Shown piece after piece: positions 12,182 through 26,819 of a stretch of 64,000 nt of DNA; position 1 is the first letter of the stretch; each line of letters opens with the position of its first letter. The stretch is from the NCBI RefSeq assembly GCF_009914755.1, contig NC_060930.1, one strand, 5' to 3'. Below the pieces are notes generated by a model. That model was not told where the DNA came from and made no database searches. It saw nothing but the letters and a program-made list of their open reading frames with translations. Source of the stretch: the human T2T-CHM13v2.0 reference genome, Homo sapiens. A program made the position numbers and the translations under genes.

Positions 12182-13766
12182 TTCTTTAGCCACTTAGGCA
12201 TTTTCACTATGATATCTTTAGGGTTTATCTGATGGATACTTACCAAGTGTTTCTCATCTCTCCAGGGGCTGTGAGTAGCATAAGAAAGCCTAACCCACCG
12301 CCCTATCCTGGAAGTGTGGTCAGGTTATTAAGGTATTGCAGATGACAATCATCATACAGGGCAGCTTTTTCAGTGACTCAAAGAAAACCCTTAGTATTCC
12401 ATAAGCTGATATACCTTTTAAAGTTCATTTCTAAACTAAACATTGCAAAAAGTTTCTTGTCAAAAGAGATTTCAGATGTCTCTATATACTGTTTCTTGTA
12501 TAAATCACACACCCTTACCAAGAGCCCTGAGCTGGGACCCACAAATGGAAATCAAAGGTAATGTGTTCCTCCATTATATAATAGGAATTTCATAAAACCC
12601 ATACGACAGTCATCTGTGTTATACAGAAAAACATTCATCACTGAGCATTTGAACATTTTGATGTTTCTGAAGTACAGAATTCATGACACTCTGCAAGTTT
12701 TTCCAACCAATTTACAAATTGTTTTCATCCCTCATCTTATTATCCTACCTAGTGTCAACTTGTTCTTTCGGCATAATCAATCTGAATGACTGGTAAGGTT
12801 TCATAGTGCAGCACTTTAGTTTATGCAGACATCTGCCCAAAAGCATCTCAATCACTCATAGCAAGAAACAGGGGCAGCATTAGCCATGAGGAAATGCTGT
12901 TTTGTTACACATGTATATCTAAAGACAGGGCTATTTATATAAAAGAAAGTCAGGGTAGTGATAGACAGAACTAATGTATCAATGTCAGGAGAAAATGCAA
13001 GTCAAGGTATGGCAGCAAAAATCAGCCTCACAGGGTACCTGGAACACCATTAATTTAAAGCCCTTGTGGGGAAATGGATATGATATAATCACTAAATTAT
13101 CATTCATAAATGAAGGTCTATCAAGTAGACTATAGTATTATATTTATATAAGAAAATCTTTTCACCTTGCATTCATACATAGGGGTTTATGTTGCTTTAA
13201 GTATTTTTCTAGTTTTATCATTACATTCTTAAACTACAGTCCAATGTGTAGCGATAAGGGATTACTGACATTTATAGTAAGTTATTTGTTCTTATTATTC
13301 TAAAACAATAGATAATTTTGATATAGAAATTAAGAAATAACTTATGTATGTAGATATAAAGAAGCAAAACATGATATATGATTCTAATGGAAAAGATAAT
13401 GTGATACTCTCTAGCTATTTATGTGACTTTGGAAATTACTTATTGCATGCTAGAATACAACCAAACCAGCTATTAAAAGTTAAAAGGAGGTGGCAAAGCA
13501 GAAAATACTTTAAAGGAAACTTCCAAAGAGCCCCGGGTGATGTAAAGTTATAAAAGCTGAATTTGCTTTTAATACCAATTCAACATAGTTTTTCAAACTG
13601 ACGAAAAGTACCTAGATGGCATTAAACCCAAACATAAAATCTGTCTGCAATTAACCATAAATCCTTCACTATCCCGTACACATCTTGCTTCATCGGAATC
13701 AATGTTGACTTATCATGAGCAATACCTCTGATTCTTTAGAAGTATGTGCTACATAAGATACAAATT

Positions 13767-14218
<452 letters not shown>

Positions 14219-14689
14219 TCATCCGGGTGCGTGCCATGAATTTCATGTAGTTCCCTCTAGGAACTTTGTTCCACTAACTGCAACATTCTCTCTAGCCATT
14301 TAGGAATAACTAGTTCATACTTCCCACTGTCTGTCCTCCACCACAGAATAGAGAAGTACATCGTATATATACTATAAATACTTCATTTGGTGATTAAGGT
14401 CTGATGTATCTGTTGTATATTGTGGGTCTTTATAGATTTTCTTTTGTTAGGAGAGCACATTTAAGGGTAAGATTCCAAAGATTGGAAACATTACTGGACT
14501 GAAGATTCTTTGATGTAACTGTGAAGACTCCTAAGAGGAAAATTCTGCTTGTAAACTGGCCGGCCAGCCTTCAGGGAAACATGTCACAGGAGCACGCTGG
14601 GGTCACATTGCCTAGCACAAAACAGAACTCTATTAAACATTTGGGATCTGATAGTCTCTAATGTTATTTAGATAACTGAATAAAATGCA

Positions 14690-14814
14690 TTTTTTTTTAA
14701 AGATGGGGATCTTGCCATGTTGTTGAGGCTGGTCTCGACTCTTGGCCACAAGTGATCCTCTGGCCTCAGCCTCCTGAGTAGCTAGGAGCGCAGGTGTGAG
14801 CCACCGCACTTGGC
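14690..14814 (-). mobile_element. FLAM (free left Alu monomer)
   Basis: Single ~120-bp monomer with a T-tail. Flanks TAAAATGCAT / TAAAAGGCAT. Confidence 0.85.
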
Positions 14815-15707
14815 TCTAAAAGGCATTTTTAAAAATGAAGGTGAAAACAATTAAAAAAAAGTCGAGTCAATAAAAATTTAGCAAATTTTCACATCCAGAG
14901 AATCATTTTTTATAAACTTAATTATGTTATTTTCCTTTTGCATTTGGATTGGCCCTACCTGAAAATGTATACATCATTTGGTTTATGCTTACCCGTGTGG
15001 CTACTGTGAAAGATATCAAATCATGTACCCCCGAAGCCCTTCATTTATTATGGCTCCAGGGCAAAGGGGAGCAAAGGCCACTTCCGGGAGGACGCACTGA
15101 TGACACAGCAAAGTCTCCAGCAGCCATGAAGAAGCCTGGCCCCTGCAATGCCGAGAGGGAGGAGGATAGAAGACGATCAAGGAAGGGCCAGGGGCTTGGA
15201 CCCAGATCCCTTTCTTGGTCTCCTTTCTGGTCTGTCAGTCTGGAAGGTGGCAGTTTCTTAGAAAACTTCTAACATCTAAGGTTTAGGAAATCCCAGGGCA
15301 GTGGGGCTTTTAAAAATTGCTTCGGATGCAGACAAAGAAACCTCAGGCCTACTGTGTGCACCTCCCATGTGTGTATCTACGTAGGATGTAGAGAAGACAA
15401 AGGGACACAGTGAGCATGGTGGTGGCGAAAGGTCACCTGTCTCCCACGGAGGCATGGCTTCCCATGGAGAGAAGGAGGCCAGCAAAGGCCACAGGGGCAT
15501 AACCAGCTTACCACGCCCCCTGGGAGGGACCCTTTCAGAAGAGACAAGGGTGGATGGCCCACTCTAGGAGAGCAGCCTTGCCCAGATCCTGGAAGACAGG
15601 GTGGTGTGACTATGGTGTGCCACTCAGCTCCAAAGGAACAAGGGTAGAAGCTCTGGTCTGAGAGCTGACAGGGTGAGGACAGCTGGAGTCAGAGCCAGAC
15701 GAGGTGT

Positions 15708-16190
15708 CAGCATGGGCCCAGTCCCTCATCACCACCAAGGTGCACCGTCACAGAGGCATTCCTGGGCCCACCCAGGCTCTCAGCGTCATTAGCATGGGCC
15801 TGGCCCCTCATCACCAGCAAGGTGCCCAGTTACAGAGGCATTCCTGGGCCCACCCAGGCTCTCAGCATCATTAGCATGGGCCTGGCCCCTCATCACCAGC
15901 AAGGTGCCCAGTTACAGAGGCATTCCTGGGCCCACCCATGCTCTCAGCGTCATTAGCATGGGCCTGGCCCCTCATCACCACCAAGGTGCACTGTCACAGA
16001 GGCATTCCTGGGCCCACCCAGGCTCTCACCGTCATTAGCATGGGCCTGGCCCCTCATCACCAGCAAGGTACCCAGTTACAGAGGCGTTCCTGGGCCCACC
16101 CAGGCTCTCACCACCATTGGCACGGGCCTGGCCCCTCATCACCACCAAGGTGCACTGTCACAGAGGCGTTCCTGGGCCCACCCAGCCTCT
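15708..16190. repeat. 82-bp minisatellite, ~5.8 copies
   Basis: CATGGGCC/CACGGGCC unit starts at 15711, 15793, 15875, 15957, 16039 and 16121 (period 82). Confidence 0.97.
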
Positions 16191-16541
16191 TACCTCCGTC
16201 AGCACATGGAAGAAGAGAACAGGGAAGAGACCCCTCTGCAGACAGTCCACTCCATCTGGGGCTAAGCTTTGCCAAACCGAGAGAGAAAGGCTTTAAACTG
16301 TGAACAAGGTCCACAATAACGACAATACTGGAATCAACTGGATACTGTCAAAAAGAGTCTAGGTTTTAAACCAGAAGTGGCTAAAAAATGATTACACTGA
16401 TTTTACTAGGTTGGACTAAATTTAGTTCTCCTGCTGCTGAGAGAAGTTGGCAGCTTGTCAAAGAAAAGTTACAGAAAATAAAATGAGTTGACACATGTTG
16501 ATTATTGATTTCCAGTTCAAACTCACCACACAGGCACATCA

Positions 16542-16569
16542 ACACACATGCACACACACACACACACAC
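16542..16569. repeat. Imperfect (CA)n microsatellite
   Basis: Read directly from the sequence. Confidence 0.9.
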
Positions 16570-17264
16570 GGTCATATGCATAAATATTTCAGTCACATTC
16601 TTTGATTCACATGTATGGTATAAATCAGAAAGCAACTGAGCATCTTCCTGGCTGCTTCCAGAATAAACCACGTTTGTTACAGCTTTCTAGTCTGGGGAGA
16701 CAGCCGAGGTAGCCCGCTGCCTCCAAAAGCTGACTGTGGCAGCTCGGGTAACTTTGGAGCTTGTTTTCTCCACTTCAGAATATTAACTTGCGGGAAGATG
16801 ACATTCTGAAAGAAGACCTGTTCTCCAAACCATTCGGTCAAGGAGCGAAATCCTCAGCGATGGGCGTGCAGACTGAAAGTCAGCGCTCGGGCCCCTGCTG
16901 CATCTTTGAGTTGCTTCAGGAGCCTCCCACCTGACTGCTCTGCCATCCATCCGCGCCTCTCACACTCCTGTTCCTCCCCGTCTTAGGCCCCAGTGTTGCA
17001 TGTCCTTGGACTGATGTCCTGATAGGCTTCACTGGCTTTGATTTTCCACCCGCCTCCAGAACACAGCATTAGGGGTTCTGCTACCAGTCTTCCTAAGCTA
17101 ACCCCACAGGACAGGGGCACTCTCTGCAGCACCCCCCACTGCTCTGAGCTGTTGGAGTTGGGAGGAGGCCTGCAGAGACCTTCCAGGGACTCTGAGATGC
17201 CATGGAACATGCCTACTGGTTCCTAAATCCAATGAAACATTTCAGTCCTTTAACCAGCATCTCA

Positions 17265-18110
17265 ACGAGGATGATTCCAAATCTCTGTCTCTAGCCCCAA
17301 CTTTTCATTTGAATTCCAGATCCTGATGAGGGGCACAGAGGCCTTCTCTGAACTTGATCAAGTAGCTCCCACCCTTGGCCCCTTGGTCACTCTCAACCAC
17401 AGTGTCCTAATTTATCTTCTCCAAAATACTCACCAGCATCTAAAATTATCTTATTGATTTGTTCTCATGTTTATTGTATATCCCCCTACCTCTTCCCAAA
17501 TTCACCAGACAGGTGACGTGATATTCTAAGGAAATCATATAATACTGCTTTAGGGTCAAATAAAACACACGAATGTCAACGAAGACGGGGACTCGTAAGT
17601 TGTGTGTTTCTGACCCTAGAATGGTACTTGGCGCCAACAGATTCTCCAAAAAATATTTGGTTACTGACTCACCAATCTGTATCACAGAAGTCAACTTGAC
17701 ACTTCCACCTGGACATCTCTCAGACACTAAAAATTCAGTCCAAAATTGAGTGCACAACAGTTCTTTATTATCATTCTGTCTAATCATAAGCCAAGGGCAC
17801 TACTCTCTGTTCAGTTCCAAATCCAGACACCCGAGAATCACCTTAACTCTTCGTTCTCTTTGACCCCCACATCTCAGCTTGTCCCAGTGACCTCACGGCT
17901 CTGGATCGCCCATGCCGCCACTTCTCATGTAGATTTCTGGGACAGTCTTCTCTCTGGCTGGCTTCCTATTAGGCCCTTTTAGACATAATTAGTTTTTTAA
18001 AGGCGAATATGAATAAGATGCTCTTTTATTTCAAATCTCCTCAGTGGCTTGCCACTGCTCCTAGGATCCTGCTCCACATCTCTGGAAGAGCATTCAAGAC
18101 CCTGTGTGAG
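17265..18110 (+). mobile_element. L2 fragments
   Basis: GATGATTCCAAATCTCTGTCTCTAGCCCCAAC, CTCAGTGGCTTGCCACTGCTCCTAGGAT and other degenerate L2 3'-region motifs. Confidence 0.6.
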
Positions 18111-18395
18111 TGGCCTCTCCACCCGCACCCACAGGCTGGCCTTTCCTGATGCTCTAGCTTTTCATTAGTAATTTTTTAAAAATCCTGCAAACACCTGTCT
18201 TATTTTCCTAAGGAGATGGAACTCACTTCCAAAACATTCAACGTTGCAACAACCAAATTGCTAACAGTCCACCAGTTTAAGGGCTGAGAATATGAACTCT
18301 GCTTCTGTTTCTTGACACAGCCTCACTCGACATTAAAAATAAATTGGTTCCCCATCTAGATCAACTTGAAACATGAATTAAAAACGAGTATACTA

Positions 18396-18720
<325 letters not shown>

Positions 18721-20334
18721 CTACTCACATTTTAAAAGGATGTCACACAAATTTCAGCCACATTGTAGAGTTTTCTTATTTCCATTTACCTTGCATGATA
18801 AGCTCCATCAACAAAAAGCAACAGAATTTACTATGGCATGTATATATTAAATTGTATTTTTTTTCAGAAATGCAATTTCTTTCTGAGATTACTTTAATCA
18901 AAAGAATAATTGCATTATTCATGAGCCATGCTCCGTTAATTGGAAGTGTTGGTCAATTATTACATGAGATCGCATCACCTTTCAATAAAGAGAAAAGAGT
19001 TCTCTTGTGCTGGTCTTTCAACCACAATTACCCCCTCTCAGTCCAGTGACTTATAACACAGCAGCAAAGTTAATCATTTAAAACTAGAAATCATCTTTGA
19101 AAAGTCAACCAGTGGAAACATGTTTCTAACAACAATAACAGCGGGAGAGTGTACTTTAGAGGAATTCATAAGTGCCTCTGCAACAGGATCTGGATAAAGG
19201 TCATATTTTTAATTACTATGGGTACAAATTTTACAAATCACATGCTGTCTTTACCGGTACAAAAAATTTATCAGAGGTGGAGCTTGGGGACATGCGAAAT
19301 AATAGGGCTTTGAGTAGTTCCTCCAACTTTACAAATATTTCATCCTTAAGAAGCAGACATTTAAAAAAATTCACTGAGGAAGGGAATGCGATATTCTATG
19401 ATACTCACAGCATACTGTTTAGGGATCAAATAGAAGAAGTAAATATTCAACAGCAAGGAGCTGTTATTACAATGGGCTTGATTTTTAACCCCTTATGTTG
19501 TCCAGGTCCTGCACATTAAAAGTTCTATGTGTGACAATTCATTGTTTTATTCATTAATTCTGTCTGTCTAGAAGATTCTGAACCTGCTTCAGAGGGCATA
19601 GAATAAGAAACTGAGGACGAGAGGAGGCCCAGTGCTGAGTCCCTGGAACTCATGTTGTGCTGAGCACAGCGACTACCATTTAGTACATGTTTAACTGCCC
19701 CATAACTGCTGGTCTCTCCATTGTCCTTGACTGTGACTGCCTGACAAATCTATGTTCTGTGCTTCAGCTATGCTGAGCACCACATTCTCAGTTAGGTATA
19801 GATGATGTGGTTTATATAGCACTTCTTACAGTGCCTCTAAGTCAGTGACACTTAGTATTCCAGGGCATTGAGATGTAAATGTATCCTGGGCACATAGAGC
19901 ATATACGCTGTGTCACAATTGTTCAAAATTAATTATATATAATTCTTTTCTTAATATAGGAGTCCAGTGGCTACCTCTTTGAGGACTCATTTGAGCCTTG
20001 CACAGTGTAGATGACACTAAAAATGCATGATATGTTGAATTTCACACACATGTTTAAGCAGGCCTGGTGATGGTACAGTGGTTGAGACTGTCCTATTTGT
20101 CTATGTTGGCATGAGATTGAAGCACAGAGCTTTCTGGAAGGCTAGTTCACTGCTGAGGATACAGAGGAGTGCTAAGTGTGGGGCAGATAAGGCCAGGGGC
20201 TATGGGCTGGGCATAAGGATGGACAGGGCGGGACTCTCACTGGGAAGGGGCTATGGGAAGGTGCTTGGTGTCACTCGAGGGACTGGGAGGAAGGCTGACA
20301 CAAAAGCAGGTGAGCAATGGCCCTGGAGGACATG

Positions 20335-20720
20335 GTCTCCAGGTCGGGTTTTGGAGTCAGACAGGCCTGAGGTCAGATCTCGGCTTGTCGTCACTGGCTG
20401 TGTGATCTTGGCAAGTTATGAATCGTCTTTCTAAGCCCCTGGGTATCTGCAGAAGGAGGCGGTGACTCAGGACTGCTTACTATCCACACTTATTCAGGTT
20501 CTACATGTGGATAATGAGATGCTTGATACTGAGTCTGGACAGAGATGTGTTATCTAAATCCCATTCATTACCGAGTTCATACAGTCAGAGTTCAGGTAGG
20601 GAGGGGTACTGGTTATAATAACTCTTCTTAGAGTTGCTGCAACAATTAAATGAGATGATGTATCCGAATGGCAGCAGCTGGGACTTACTAAGGTCTCAAA
20701 AAGCATTGTGACTGCTGTTG
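20335..20720. mobile_element. MIR fragments
   Basis: TTTTGGAGTCAGACAGGCCTGAGG...CACTGGCTGTGTGATCTTGGCAAGTTA and GTTGCTGCAACAATTAAATGAGATGATGTAT core-SINE motifs. Confidence 0.7.
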
Positions 20721-20750
20721 CTACTACTACTACTACTACAACTATTACTA
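20721..20750. repeat. (CTA)n trinucleotide repeat, imperfect
   Basis: CTACTACTACTACTACT read directly from the sequence. Confidence 0.85.
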
Positions 20751-21459
20751 TAATGATTAGAACTATTAGTCTGCTATACAACTATCACAGATAATATTAC
20801 TTAATTAGAAGGGTAGCGGATGGAGGCCATGGCTCTGCTTGAATGAAGTGGTTTGACCTTGATTCACGTAGTACGCATTGCTGAGCTGAAGCAGGAGAAT
20901 CACAGAATTATAGCAGTGCTCTGAAAGCCTGGTATGGCTGCAGGACTCAGATGAGCCAGATGGTCAAAGTGGAAGAGTTGGTAAATCAAGGTTATTGCAA
21001 TAACTCAGTTAGTACTAATAAGGGCCAGGGATGAATACGGTAGTTACGAAACTTGAAAGGACAGGCACAATTCTAAAAACCATTCAAAGGAAAAAACAGG
21101 GATGGAATAAAAACTAAAAGGTCATTTCTGTGAAGATCAAAGACACACAGCTGAAGATTCACAAGGAAAAAATGGTGAGCTGGCAAGAGAGATGATGAGC
21201 ATGGCCCATTCCTTAGAAAGGAGTCTGATTGTGAACAAAAGAAAAAACCAGACGTGAACAGCGGCAGTGGCCTCACCTCTCTGAGCTGCCTTCCCATGTC
21301 CTGGGCCGCTCTTTCCCCTTTGCTGTCTGGTCCTCCTCTCACAAGTCTGGACTCTGTTGCTGCAGGCTCAGGTTTAGACCCTGCCTTTGCTCTGCGCACA
21401 TGTCCTTCCCGATCTCATCCATTCTTCTTGCCTTTAAAGACCACCTATTTGATGATGAT

Positions 21460-22810
<1,351 letters not shown>

Positions 22811-23104
22811 TCAGTAAGCCATCAGGGGTGGAATAAAAAGCTTTAAAAAGTGCAAGTAGAGGGGGTTCTAAGAGGAATGTGCTATTTTGCGATGAGATTT
22901 AGCCTGACTGCACTCTGCCTGTGCTGACCTGGATGCAGACAGTCGCTGCCTCCACCGAGGAGGGCGTGCATCTCTTCACCCACTCGGCTGAACTTCAGCA
23001 GCTTCCACAGTGACAGGAACGGATGGGAGAATGGACTTTGTTGTTTCGAGGGATGGTGGTGGTGGTGGTATTTTTATTTGCTCATTTATCTTGGAAGTAT
23101 CGAG

Positions 23105-23300
23105 TGGTAGACAGTGGCACATGGCAGTGGCAGGTGCAGCAGCCTCCAGGGAGTTAAATCCTAGCCCTGCCACTGGACTTCTGACTTTGGCTAAGGGTTG
23201 CCTGGTGAATGGCAGACAGTGGCACGTGGCAGTGGCAAGTGCAGCAGCTTCTGGGGAGTGAAATCCTAGCTCTGCCACCAGACCTCCAACTTTAGCAAAG
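23105..23300. repeat. Diverged tandem duplication, period 105 bp
   Basis: TGGTAGACAGTGGCACATGGCAGTGGCAGGTGCAGCAGCC... (23105) aligns with TGGCAGACAGTGGCACGTGGCAGTGGCAAGTGCAGCAGCT... (23210) over ~90 bp. Confidence 0.9.
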
Positions 23301-23532
23301 TCTCTGACCACTTTGTGTCTTTGTTTCCTTCTCTGTAATATGAGAATATGAATGTGGGTTCCTAACCTGTATCTGAAACCCAAGGTTTCAGAGCTTTTCA
23401 GATTTTAGGAAGGTAATACAGAGTACAGGCTGTATTTTATGGAGCACCCACAGCAGGGTCTAATCAAACACATGAGGATATCTGTGGTGAAATACATGAA
23501 CATTCATACCTAGTGGGATAAATCGAGGATAT
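23225..23532. repeat. Left copy of ~308-bp direct repeat flanking THE1B (MIR-like piece + MER46C-like piece)
   Basis: Aligns end-to-end with 23901-24207. About 32 differences by manual count (~90% identity). Confidence 0.95.
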
Positions 23533-23900
23533 TGATATGGTTTGGATGTGTCCCCACCGAAATTTCATCTTGAATTGTAGCTCCCATAATCCCCACATGT
23601 CGTGGAAGAAATCCAGTAGGAGGTAAGTGAATCATAGGGGTGGGTTTTTCCTGTGCTGTTGTCATGATAATGAATAAGTCTCACAAGAGCTGATGGTTTT
23701 ATAAAGGGGAGTTCCCCTGAACATGCTCTCTCTCTTGCCTGCCGCCATGGAAGATGTGACTTTGCTCCTCCTTTGCCTTCTGCCAGGAATGTGAGGCTTC
23801 CCAGTCACGTGGAACTGTGAGTCCATTATGCCTCTTTTTCTTTATAAATTACCCAATCTCAGGTATGTCTTTATTAGCAGCATGAGAATAGACTAATACA
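23533..23900 (+). mobile_element. THE1B-like solo LTR (ERVL-MaLR)
   Basis: TGATATGGTTTGG...GACTAATACA termini, 368 bp, colinear with the recalled THE1B consensus. Confidence 0.93.
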
Positions 23901-24207
23901 TGTGGCGGTGGCAAGTGCAGCAGCCTCTGGGGAGTGAAATCCTAGCTCTGACACCGGACCTTCGACTTTGGCGAAGTCTCTGACCACTCTGTGTCTTTGT
24001 TTCCTTCCCTGTAATATGAGAATATGAATGTGGGTTCCTAACTCGTATCTGAAATCTGAGGTTCCAGAACTTTTCAGATTTTAGGAAGGTAATACAGAGT
24101 ACAGGCCATATTTTATGTAGACCCACAGCAGGGTCTAATCGAACACATGGATACAACTGTGGTGAAATATATGAATATTCATACTTAGTGGGATAAATCA
24201 AGGATAT
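23901..24207. repeat. Right copy of ~307-bp direct repeat flanking THE1B
   Basis: Matches the left copy. Its MER46C-like sequence continues uninterrupted past 24207 (AAACAGCCTCAC...). Confidence 0.95.
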
Positions 24208-24290
24208 AAACAGCCTCACTGCAGTTCTTGCCAGGATTTGCCACCAAGAGTGCATGTCAGGCAAGTTTTGTCTCCAGATGAGTCAGAAAT
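24030..24290 (+). mobile_element. MER46C-like (TcMar-Tigger) fragment; partial duplicate at ~23355-23532
   Basis: TTTTCAGATTTTAGGAAGGTAATAC...TAATCGAACAC...TGAATATTCATACTTAGTGGGATAAAT...AGCCTCAC matches the recalled MER46C consensus. Confidence 0.7.
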
Positions 24291-25294
24291 ATTAGACTTT
24301 ATCTGTCAGGTTAATGTATTTAACAACTTGGACTTTTTATTAAACTGCAAAGGATTTCACTTTATGTATGATTTTAATAACAATATTTGGCCTAAGTTAA
24401 ACTCTTTCCTTCTCCCTCCATTCTTCCCTTGCCTCCTTCTTTCCTATGATTCTCTAAGCTCCCAACAGCCGGCCCTGTGGTGAGAGGGTGGCTGGTGGAC
24501 CACGAGGAGCAGCCGCCGGGAGAGAGGCTGGGATGCTGCACATGGGGGAGTGGCTTGGGTTGGCTTTGGCTCCGCCCCTAGCTGGCCCCAGAATCAACAG
24601 AACCCTGAGGTCAAAACAGTGCTCCCGGGAGCTCCGCTAATGCAGCTTCTCTCTGGGGCCCGCTTCCACACTGATCTTGCCCCTAAACCCCTTTGATTTA
24701 TCAATTCTGGCCCCATTTCTGGTAAGTCACTCCCTGGGAGGCAAGCTTCTCCAATGCATGGAAGTCAGGAGCTTATGGAGGAGAAGTGACCTGGGTCCCT
24801 TACATGCCAGGTTATGTAAAGCAACCCCAAATATCCAGCTGTGAGGAGTCCGCCAGAAATGCCAACAGACGAGCACTTTTCAGGGAAAAATAGAGACACA
24901 GCTCCCTCTCACGGTTTAAATGTATTGGGTAGAGATGAGCACAGCAAAAGAAATAGAGGGTCTTCCTGTTACGGGAAAGGGGTGTACAAATGGCACTTAA
25001 GTCAAGGATGTTCAATTTGTTCTCACTGTCAACATAGGGTAAAGTGGTTCTGTTCAGCTTTCTAAATGGCCAGGCTATTGGCTGAGTACAGCCTATCTGT
25101 TCGAGTAACTGTCACTTTATTTATAGTTACGGCAACTTCTTAGAACCGGTATCCTTTAAAATACAGCCTAATACTAGAGCCAGATGGGAAAAAATCCTAG
25201 GGTAAAATATTAAATTGTGACTAGTCATTTAATAGAACAAAGTTATTCATGACAGCTTATATATGTCAAAGCCTATATGCTGGCTTGTCTATAA

Positions 25295-25737
<443 letters not shown>

Positions 25738-26819
25738 CAACAACTGACTTTAAAACTCAAAAGGCTTTATTTAAATTATACTAGTAAAAAAACCAATGAA
25801 CATTCTTATTTATCTTCTAAACCATGGGAATATTTAAATAATTTTATATTTTATTATTTAATATAGATTTAGTATTATGTTCCTAAATCTGGGATATGGC
25901 TATTTTTTTCTGTTGAAAAACCAAAAAAGGCCAACTCTATATGTTGCCAGTATACAGGTAACTGAGGCTGACATAGAAGAGAGTTACATGTATCCACCAA
26001 ACAAACTCAACCTATGAAGATCTTAAACATTTTTTTTCTGTTGATTTTCTTGAGTTTTCATGACTATTGCATAATGGTAGATTTATACTATTTCCATGTG
26101 GATGACAGGAGATAATGTCCAACATCTTCTACCCCTACAAATCAGATCTGAAATTTCTTTATGATTTCTTAATACTATCATCGAGCATTCAGGTAGGCTC
26201 CATGCCGGAAATTTAGACTCTTCTTTACTGCTTCTTCCTTGCTCCCATCTTCTAATAGGTCACCCAACCTTGTTCATTCTACATCAAAATCTCCTTTGGA
26301 AGTTGGTTCACTCACCCTACATTAGTATCAAACATTTTAGGTCAAGGTGGCAATTCTGACTTCCAGTAGTGATTTTTAAACTCAATAATGACAACAATAA
26401 CAAAACACGTCATCGGCCTTTTCTTCATATTAAGTCTTATATGAACGCCCATTGTGTGAAACGCTGAACTGACAGCCTCCCCTTTACCCTCTCAGCAGCC
26501 CCAAGGCATCCTCACCACTGATGCGGAATATTAGGGCCCTCTGTCTTGTCTTTTCCAACAGGCTGGATGTCTACCCACTCCAGCCCATGCCCAGCATGGA
26601 CATCAGAGTCTGCTCCTGCCTCCTGGCTCAGGTTCCTGGGGGCAGCGTGTGGAGCTGAGAAGACTGCATCGCCTGGATTCCATCCCAGCTGGGCGGCTTA
26701 CTAGCCCATCACACCTGGGCAGTCCCGTGAGCCTCTTCTATCCTGTTTCTTCATCACTAAGATCGAGAATAAATTACAATATCTATTTTGGGGCATCCTC
26801 AGACAAACCCACTACAGGG

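Noticed and set aside
15938-16314. 121-aa and 68-aa ORFs in the 82-bp array
   Set aside because: By-products of a GC-rich tandem repeat cycling through frames, with no recognisable domain.
24572-24590. CTCF-like sites (also ~35495-35511 and ~42279-42292)
   Set aside because: Each has two or more mismatches at informative core positions, so they cannot be supported without ChIP data.
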